A stretch of 64,000 nt of DNA, taken from positions 1,728,001 to 1,792,000 of the forward strand of contig OX638340.1 of NCBI GenBank assembly GCA_951812955.1, given 5' to 3'. The stretch comes from an uncultured Gemmatimonadota bacterium. Its GTDB lineage: Bacteria > JAAXHH01. Positions within the stretch are counted from its first letter, which is position 1, and every line of letters begins with the position of its first letter. Both the position numbers and the translations under genes were made by a program. The notes beneath the pieces were generated by a model. It saw only the letters and a list, made by a program, of their open reading frames with translations. It was not told the origin of the DNA and made no database searches. This document shows positions 57,454 through 64,000 of the stretch, in pieces.

Positions 57454-58191
57454 ATGAAAAGGATCATCCGAGACAAGCTACTGTTAATGCTGAACATGCT
57501 GTTAGAAGTGTCTTCGATAAGTTCTATCGCTAGGATCGTCGGGGTCAACTACATCACCGTTCAGAAACTCATGCTGGATTCCGTTCAGGTGTGCAAAATC
57601 TTCCACCATAAAACCGTAATGGATGAAGACGCCAAGCAAATACAATGCGACAAATATGGAACTTCGTTTAGAACAAGGTCCAATGCGGTCTGGACGTAGA
57701 CGGCCATCCGGCAAGACACCAAGTTTATTCTGGCTTTCAAGGACGGAGACAGAACCAACGAAACCGCCAAGACGCTATTCGACGATCTGATGACGCGGCT
57801 GCGAAACAAGATGTGGATCCGGACGGACAGGCTTCCTTCCTACTCAGGGGCGATATGGGACTCGTTTTTCGTGTCTGCCACACATCAATTAGCGGGCGCC
57901 GCCGCAGTCTAATACTCCAACATAGAGCGCCAGAATCTCAACATGCACATGGGAGTGTGAAGGTACACCCGAGCGACCGATGCGTTCTCTAAGAAGATCG
58001 ACTATCTATACAACCTGCTCTCATTGTACTTCGTCTTCTACAACTTTATCCGAAAGCATCTGCTACTTGGCATGACTCTCGCTCAGGGAATCGGCCTTTC
58101 TGGTGAAACCCGCGACCTGGGTAAGATACTTGATGTGGTGGACGAAGCAGCCCCACTTCCGAACAGGCCGAAGACGTACAGAAAGTGCTAG
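57454..58191 (+). mobile_element. Degenerate IS1-family insertion sequence (InsA-like ORF intact, InsB region disrupted by stops/frameshifts)
   Basis: InsA-like HTH LLEVSSISSIARIVGVNYITVQKL. InsB-like segments in other frames: MWIRTDRLPSY (cf. IS1 TDGWPxY) and IERQNLNMH...AFSKKIDYLYN (cf. IS1 IERHNLNLRQHLARL..SLSFSKS), interrupted by stop codons. Confidence 0.6.
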
Positions 58192-58550
58192 GAACATCAT
58201 TCATTCTTTTGTCACAAGGAGTATTCACTGTGGATATGCGTAAACTTACGGTTAAAATATCTGATCCCAATGAGGAAGATTCATCGGGGTTTTTAGTTGA
58301 GGCTGTACCGATTGGGGCAAGCCTCGTCTTGACATCAGTAGGATACATCAGATTGAGGGCAGTGAGTGAAAGAACGGATGTATACGGTCTCGCTATTTTG
58401 GAGTTAATTCCTTCTGCAAAGTTGAATGGCTTGTATTACAGGATCAATATCTCTGACGGTAGCGCGAGTTACTCACGCTTTATCATAATGCCGAACGAAG
58501 ACGTCAATCTGCATGATTTAATGTTGTATGAAGAGATGCCGGAAGGCTGA
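58185..58550 (+). CDS. Hypothetical protein, AT-rich, last ORF of the island
   Basis: 121-aa ORF abutting the IS1 remnant, with no recognisable motifs. A more likely start is MRKLTVK at 58236. Confidence 0.3.
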   Translation: MLGTSFILLSQGVFTVDMRKLTVKISDPNEEDSSGFLVEAVPIGASLVLTSVGYIRLRAVSERTDVYGLAILELIPSAKLNGLYYRINISDGSASYSRFIIMPNEDVNLHDLMLYEEMPEG

Positions 58551-58756
58551 AGGCTAAATTACCGATAACATACAATCCTTAGTACTACCTTAATTGAATG
58601 ATAGCGGTACCTAGAGTTGCTTGTAATCGGGCTCTCACAATCTCGTTTAAAAATTGGTCAACAATCAATGTGCTCTTAACACAGTGCAATTATACACCGC
58701 ACGTTCATCGAGAAACCACATTACTTGATACAACCTCGACTACACGATAAGGCTTT

Positions 58757-59539
58757 TTACTCACACCCCACCCCCACCTCGATCCCGATCGGGCAGTGAT
58801 CCGAACCCATGACGTCCGGCATGATCCACGCGTTGGAGACGGAAGGCATCAGGTCTTCGGTCACGTAGAAGTAATCGATCCGCCAGCCCACATTCCGCTT
58901 TCTCGCTCCGGACATGAGGTGCCACCAGGTATAGTTATCCGGTCCCTCGTCGTATTGCCTGAAGGTATCTACGTACCCCTGTTCGACGATCTTGTCGATC
59001 CAAGCGCGCTCCTTGGGGAGGAACCCGGATATTTTCACGTTGTCCTTGGGGCGGGCGAGGTCGATTTCCCTGTGGGCGGTGTTCACGTCGCCGCAGATGA
59101 CGAGCTTCTTGCCGTCCGCACGCAGCGATTCCCAATGGGCCAGGATGGCCGCGTAGAAATCCATCTTGTACTTCAGCCTTGTCGCATTCTGCTTGCCGTT
59201 CGGAAAATAGACGTTGAACAGCGTGAAATCGGGGTATTCCAGAACCAGTGTCCGGCCTTCGGAATCGAAACGCTCCTCGCCGAATCCCTTGTGCACGCTG
59301 ATGGGCTCGTGGCGTGAGTAGACACCGACTCCGCTGTATCCCTTCTTCTCCGCTTCAGACCAGTAACTTGTGTATCCGTCGACGTCCGTAATCTTGGCAT
59401 CCAGTTGCGATTCCTGGGACTTGGTCTCCTGGATACACAGGATATCGGGTGCCTCGCCCTGCAACCATTCTATGAATCCCTTTTTCGCCACCGCCCTGAC
59501 CCCGTTCACGTTCCAGCTCAACAGTTTCCATGAAGACAT
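58757..59539 (-). CDS. xth: Exodeoxyribonuclease III
   Basis: EEP-fold motifs WNVNG, CIQETK, and the C-terminal SDHCP. 260 aa. Confidence 0.95.
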   Translation of the reverse strand: MSSWKLLSWNVNGVRAVAKKGFIEWLQGEAPDILCIQETKSQESQLDAKITDVDGYTSYWSEAEKKGYSGVGVYSRHEPISVHKGFGEERFDSEGRTLVLEYPDFTLFNVYFPNGKQNATRLKYKMDFYAAILAHWESLRADGKKLVICGDVNTAHREIDLARPKDNVKISGFLPKERAWIDKIVEQGYVDTFRQYDEGPDNYTWWHLMSGARKRNVGWRIDYFYVTEDLMPSVSNAWIMPDVMGSDHCPIGIEVGVGCE

Positions 59540-59590
59540 GAATTACACCTTTCCTGGTTAAATCGTAAGTTGGTATGATCCAGTGCTCGG

Positions 59591-61849
59591 TCACAACTGG
59601 CCGGTTTCATCGTCCTTCTGGTCTTCGTTCTCTTGACCATTCAACACCTGCCCATCCGCATCCCGTCCGCTGGTTTCCCGAACCTTCCGGATCACAAACT
59701 CGACGTCCGAGATGCCGGTCTGCTCGATCCGGTCGCCTCTCGCACGGTGGCTGCGTATGGAGAATTCCTCCGCCTTGCGGTAATCCCGGGTCTCGCGCTG
59801 GGACTCGCTTTCCCTGATGATCAACACGATCTCCGGATCGGCTTCCGCCGTGAAAGCCAGCAACTCCGAATCACCCGGCACGAGTTCGTAGAGCTGGTTG
59901 ATCCGGCAGCGATCCATGGCGCAGCGCTTGATGCAGGCGAATCCTTCGAGATCGTGATAGGCGACCGTGAAAACGCGGCCCGGTTCCTCCATGGCGCAGT
60001 ACAGGATATCGAGGTCGACGTACATTTTGTCAAGGGTATTGTGGACGCCCGCGACGCCCCCGGAGCGTACGATCACGACCCGGTCGTAGAGGGAGACATT
60101 GAAGAGTGGCTGGCCGCTCTCGATGGTATAGCCCATGTACCCGGTTTCGGTGTCGTAACGGAGCACCAGGTCCCGGACCGCGGCATCGCGCTCGTCGATG
60201 GGCGTGAAGGGTTTGACCTCCGATCGGCGGGGATGTTCGTCGCGATAGCCGCGTATGAGTTGTTCCAGGAAATCGATCGCGAAGTCCGTCAGGTGATGCA
60301 AGTTGTGGAGCACGGTCTGGAGTTGGCCTTCGATCTCCCGCATCTCTGCCTCCGCCCGGTCGATGCCGTAACGGGTGATGCGATAAATCGGAATGTCCAG
60401 CAGCCGGTCCAGGTCCTCTTTCGTCAGGTTGTCGGCCGTAATCATGTCTTCCACGGCGGCCATGCGCCGCGTCGCGGTCATTTCGTGCCGTATCGCCGAC
60501 ATCAGCGACCTCACCAGGCGTCGATACTCCTCGGGACCATGGCCGATCGCGTCCAGGTTCCGGGCGATCATCTCGCGGCTCGGGCCGTAGTGTTCGAAGG
60601 CCAGGCTGCGGTACACGGTCGTCAGCAGGCTGCGGGCCGCATCGCGGATCTCGGGCGGTGCATCGGATAATTCGTTCATGCCCCGGTCCACCGCGCGAGC
60701 CGTGGTCGAAACCGGGCTGTACTTCGCGATGGCCTCGCGCACGGCGGTGTATACGCCCTCGATGTCCTCGACGTTCTCGATATCCTTGTACACCCGGTTT
60801 TCGATGAATACCTGTTCGAGCCTCCGGGCCCGGAGCCTTGCGCGCAGGTCTCTTTCCTCGATCTTCAGTTCCGCTTCCAGGATCTCCAGCAGCCGGTCCG
60901 TGCTGTGCCGGATCATGTCAGACACGGTCATCACGCGGGGATGGCCGTTGCTGATAACAAGCAGATTAGCGGCGATGGATACCTCGCAGGACGTGAAGGC
61001 GTACAGGCCCCGCAGGATGTCTCCGGTTTCCGCGCCAGGGTCGGTCCGGATCTCGATCTCCACGTCGCCGGTGGTGTAGTCGGTCAATCCCTTTACCGCG
61101 ATGCGCTTCGAACGAGCCGCCTCCTCGATAGATTTCATCAGGCTTTCTGTCGTTTCGCCGAAGGGCAGCGCACGGACCATGACCACGCCATCGTCCCGGG
61201 GCTCCAGCCGCGCGCGGGTATACACGCGCCCGTTTCCGTCTTCATATTCGCCCACATCCATGAGCCCACCGGTGGGGAAGTCTGGGTAGAGATGGAAGGG
61301 CTCCCCCTTGAGGCAGGACACCTGGGCTTCCATGACCTCGATGGGGTTGTGGGGCAGGATGCGGGTGGACATGCCCACGGCGATGCCTTCGGCGCCGAGG
61401 ATGAGCGCCACCGGGATCTTGGCCGGGAAGACCACCGGTTCGCGGGCGCGGCCGTCGTAGGAATCCACGTACTCCGTGATCTCCGGGCTGAGCAGCACCT
61501 CCCGGGCGAGTGGCGTCAACCGGCATTCGATGTAACGCGCCGCCGAGGCCTGCCCGCCCGTGAGCACCGACCCGAAATTGCCCTGCTTGTCGATGAAGAG
61601 GTCCTTGTTGGCCAGCGACACCAGCGCGCCGAATATGGATTGGTCGCCGTGAGGATGGAACTGCATCGTCTGGCCGACGACGTTGGCCACCTTGTGGTAC
61701 TTGCCGTCGTCGATCTCGAATAGGGTGTGGAGGATGCGGCGCTGAACGGGCTTCAGGCCGTCGTCGATTTCCGGAATCGCCCGGTTCTTGACGACGTAGG
61801 TGGCGTATTCGAGGAAATAGCGGTCGTATAGGGTTTCTACATCAGCCAA
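59591..61849 (-). CDS. Type IIA topoisomerase A subunit (ParC-like / GyrA-like), Bacteroidota-type
   Basis: Conserved N-terminal KPVQRRILHTL, catalytic Tyr region QASAARYIECRL. 752 aa with no long GyrA-box C-terminal pinwheel, which favours ParC. Confidence 0.85.
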   Translation of the reverse strand: MADVETLYDRYFLEYATYVVKNRAIPEIDDGLKPVQRRILHTLFEIDDGKYHKVANVVGQTMQFHPHGDQSIFGALVSLANKDLFIDKQGNFGSVLTGGQASAARYIECRLTPLAREVLLSPEITEYVDSYDGRAREPVVFPAKIPVALILGAEGIAVGMSTRILPHNPIEVMEAQVSCLKGEPFHLYPDFPTGGLMDVGEYEDGNGRVYTRARLEPRDDGVVMVRALPFGETTESLMKSIEEAARSKRIAVKGLTDYTTGDVEIEIRTDPGAETGDILRGLYAFTSCEVSIAANLLVISNGHPRVMTVSDMIRHSTDRLLEILEAELKIEERDLRARLRARRLEQVFIENRVYKDIENVEDIEGVYTAVREAIAKYSPVSTTARAVDRGMNELSDAPPEIRDAARSLLTTVYRSLAFEHYGPSREMIARNLDAIGHGPEEYRRLVRSLMSAIRHEMTATRRMAAVEDMITADNLTKEDLDRLLDIPIYRITRYGIDRAEAEMREIEGQLQTVLHNLHHLTDFAIDFLEQLIRGYRDEHPRRSEVKPFTPIDERDAAVRDLVLRYDTETGYMGYTIESGQPLFNVSLYDRVVIVRSGGVAGVHNTLDKMYVDLDILYCAMEEPGRVFTVAYHDLEGFACIKRCAMDRCRINQLYELVPGDSELLAFTAEADPEIVLIIRESESQRETRDYRKAEEFSIRSHRARGDRIEQTGISDVEFVIRKVRETSGRDADGQVLNGQENEDQKDDETGQL

Positions 61850-62179
61850 GATCAGGCCCCTGTAGAGGTACGGACGCGTATCGAATTCCGATCGAATGCG
61901 AGCCGGAATCTGTACAGGCGCCAGCTGGAAACCGTACAGGCGCGGACCAGATTCCGGTGGAATAAAACAATCGCTGTATTGAACTTATACGTTTAAGTGC
62001 CGAAATACAATACATTTGTAGTGTGTCGCTCTTACACTTCAAGCTCGTTTTCACATTGCCCGGCGGTTCCATTCACATGCATAATGGACGAGGATATACG
62101 TGGGATATACCCCACCTGACCGACAAACCTGTCAATCCAGCCAACCACCGGCCGCGGCGAACCAAGGAGCGAAATTCCC

Positions 62180-64000
62180 ATGCCTTCACCCTGGGAACGA
62201 ATCGAAGAGAAGATTTACCGATTTCAGGATAGCTGCATCGTTTACGCCGTCGAGGGCACGGAAGGCGTCGTGCTCGTAAACGCCGGTACGGGCCTGGCCG
62301 CGGACCATCTCGACGAAATCGCACGGGGCAGGCCGGTAACGGTACTCCTCACCCATCATTTCCGGGACCACACGGACGGCGCCATTCGGCTCCATGGAAA
62401 GGGAGCGCGGATACTCGGTCCGTACTGGGACCAGGAGTACCTCGTCGATCCCGAACAGCACTTCAGGGAACGCCAGCAATGGAACTCGTACGACAACCGG
62501 TGGGACCGCTTCTCGCCCGTCCGGCCCGTGCCCGTCGACGCCTGGATGATGGATTGTGAAACGCGCGATATCGCGGGGCGGTTGTGGGAGGTCGTACCCA
62601 CGCCGGGTATGACCAACGGCGCGAGCAGCTACATGGTCACAGTCGATGGCAGGCGAATTGGATTTGTCGGCGAGGTGATCTGCGGGACCGGGAAGACGAC
62701 CCGGCTGGCACCGCTGCAGTACAACTACAACGACTACACGGGGGCATGGAATCTGTACCACGCGGCCAATCGGCTGCTCGAGACGGGGGCGGACCGGCTG
62801 CTCCCGAGCCTGGGAGATCCGGTGGATGATCCGGCCACCGCCATCGCGGCCTTCAAGGCCAACCTCCGGCGCCTCGAAGAGATTTCTCCCGGGGTGGCAG
62901 GACCACTGGAAGATCCGGACGAGGACGATATCGAAGAAGTGCTGCCCCACCTGTACCGGTCGAAATACGCCGGCGCGGAGACCCATTTCGTGCTGAGCGA
63001 CACGGGCAAGATCATGTCCATCGACTACGGCTACAACCTGAAGACCGGTTTCCAGCCAGGTAAATCCCACGTATCCAATCGCCGCCCGATCCTGCACGGT
63101 ATCAGCGGGCTCAGGAAGCGCTTCGGGATCGACCGAATCGACGCGACACTCGTCTCCCATTTCCACGACGACCACGTCAACGGGATCCCTATGCTCCAGC
63201 GTCTCTACGGGACGGAAGTCCTGGCGGGCGAACAGTTCAGCGACCTGCTCGTAAACCCGGTCAAGTACGACCGGCCCTGCCTCTGGCACGAGCCCATCAA
63301 CGTGTCGCGGCACATCCCCAACGAAACGACGGTCCACTGGGAGAACATCCCCATCACGCTGTATCCCATGTCCGGCCATACCCGCTTCGCCACGATGATC
63401 TGCATGGAGATCGACGGTACGCGCGTGGTCCACACCGGCGACCAGGCCTTCTTCGACGCGGAGGGTGGGGTGGGCTACCAGCCCGGCGCGCGCATGTTCA
63501 CCAACCACGTGTACAAGAATGGTCTCGACCTCGGATGCTACAAAAGTTTCCTGGAGGACCTCAAACGGTTCGAGCCGGAACTGGTCATCACGGGTCACAC
63601 CCGGCCGTACCGCACGTCCCCCGAATGGTACGCGGAGATCAACCGTGCCGCGGAAGCCTTTGACGATGTGCACCGCACGCTCATGCTGCTGGAAGACGAC
63701 GAGGCTCATTTCGGCGCCGAGTCCCAGGGCGGCAAGCTGGTTCCCTACCGCGTCCACGCGCCGGAGGGCGGCCCCATCGAATTTAGCGGTTGGGTACTCA
63801 ATCCGTTCCCGACGGAACAACCGGCGCGCATACGACTCGTGGGTCCTGAAGGCTGGCAGAGCGAGACGGTCACACTGTCCCTGGGTCCGCGGGAACAGAA
63901 GGATATACACCTCGTGCTGCACGTTCCTGAAGGTACCCGGTGCCGGCGGCAACCCGTGGCGCTGAACCTGACCGTAGGGGGCCGGCCCTTCGGGCAGGTG
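62180..64000 (+). CDS. MBL-fold metallo-hydrolase with tandem MBL-like halves. It is 3'-partial, runs off the window end, and is absent from the ORF track.
   Basis: Hand translation from the ATG at 62180 (AGGAG RBS) is open to base 64000 (607 codons). Motifs THHFRDHTDG, VSHFHDDHVNG (HxHxDH), LYPMSGHT and VVHTGD. The minus-strand ORF 62186..63952 in the track is its antisense shadow. Confidence 0.7.
   Translation, partial: MPSPWERIEEKIYRFQDSCIVYAVEGTEGVVLVNAGTGLAADHLDEIARGRPVTVLLTHHFRDHTDGAIRLHGKGARILGPYWDQEYLVDPEQHFRERQQWNSYDNRWDRFSPVRPVPVDAWMMDCETRDIAGRLWEVVPTPGMTNGASSYMVTVDGRRIGFVGEVICGTGKTTRLAPLQYNYNDYTGAWNLYHAANRLLETGADRLLPSLGDPVDDPATAIAAFKANLRRLEEISPGVAGPLEDPDEDDIEEVLPHLYRSKYAGAETHFVLSDTGKIMSIDYGYNLKTGFQPGKSHVSNRRPILHGISGLRKRFGIDRIDATLVSHFHDDHVNGIPMLQRLYGTEVLAGEQFSDLLVNPVKYDRPCLWHEPINVSRHIPNETTVHWENIPITLYPMSGHTRFATMICMEIDGTRVVHTGDQAFFDAEGGVGYQPGARMFTNHVYKNGLDLGCYKSFLEDLKRFEPELVITGHTRPYRTSPEWYAEINRAAEAFDDVHRTLMLLEDDEAHFGAESQGGKLVPYRVHAPEGGPIEFSGWVLNPFPTEQPARIRLVGPEGWQSETVTLSLGPREQKDIHLVLHVPEGTRCRRQPVALNLTVGGRPFGQV

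Noticed and set aside
62186-63952. 588-aa minus-strand ORF from the six-frame track
   Set aside because: It has no motifs and an Arg/Gly/Val-rich antisense-type composition. The opposite strand encodes a recognisable MBL-fold protein with an RBS, so the minus ORF is a shadow frame.

Overview
High-G+C bacterial chromosomal segment. Its gene content and motifs resemble an FCB-group, Rhodothermota or Gemmatimonadota-like lineage, but the lineage cannot be assigned from sequence alone. Most of the window is densely packed housekeeping and metabolic genes. These include the class II ribonucleotide reductase nrdJ with its repressor nrdR, an FtsX-type ABC permease, rarA, trpS, a TonB-like protein, a NaChBac-family voltage-gated channel, folD, anmK, a SpoIID/LytB protein, xth and a ParC/GyrA-type topoisomerase subunit. 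There are also oxidoreductase/dioxygenase clusters: HpaB-family, SDR, two PhyH-family, GATase1, asparaginase, and a Rieske-fusion protein with a divergent wHTH regulator. The main feature is an AT-rich island of about 15 kb (about 43.3-58.75 kb). It carries a type I restriction-modification system in the unusual order hsdR - vapB - vapC - hsdS - small HATPase_c_4 gene - hsdM. Downstream of hsdM sit three uncharacterised genes that I consider the best candidate for a novel defence module: a 722-aa NERD-like (PD-D/ExK-like) protein ending in a SEC-C zinc motif, convergent with a two-gene operon of a small polytopic membrane protein plus a ComEC-like MBL-fold hydrolase. The island also holds a cluster of tiny coiled-coil ORFs and a decayed IS1-family insertion sequence. 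A recurrent genome feature is short tandem or direct repeat arrays in intergenic spacers, especially between convergent genes. A low-G+C orphan gene is translationally coupled to folD. A real + strand MBL-fold gene at the 3' window edge is missing from the ORF track, whose antisense ORF there is spurious. No tRNA, rRNA or CRISPR array was recognised.
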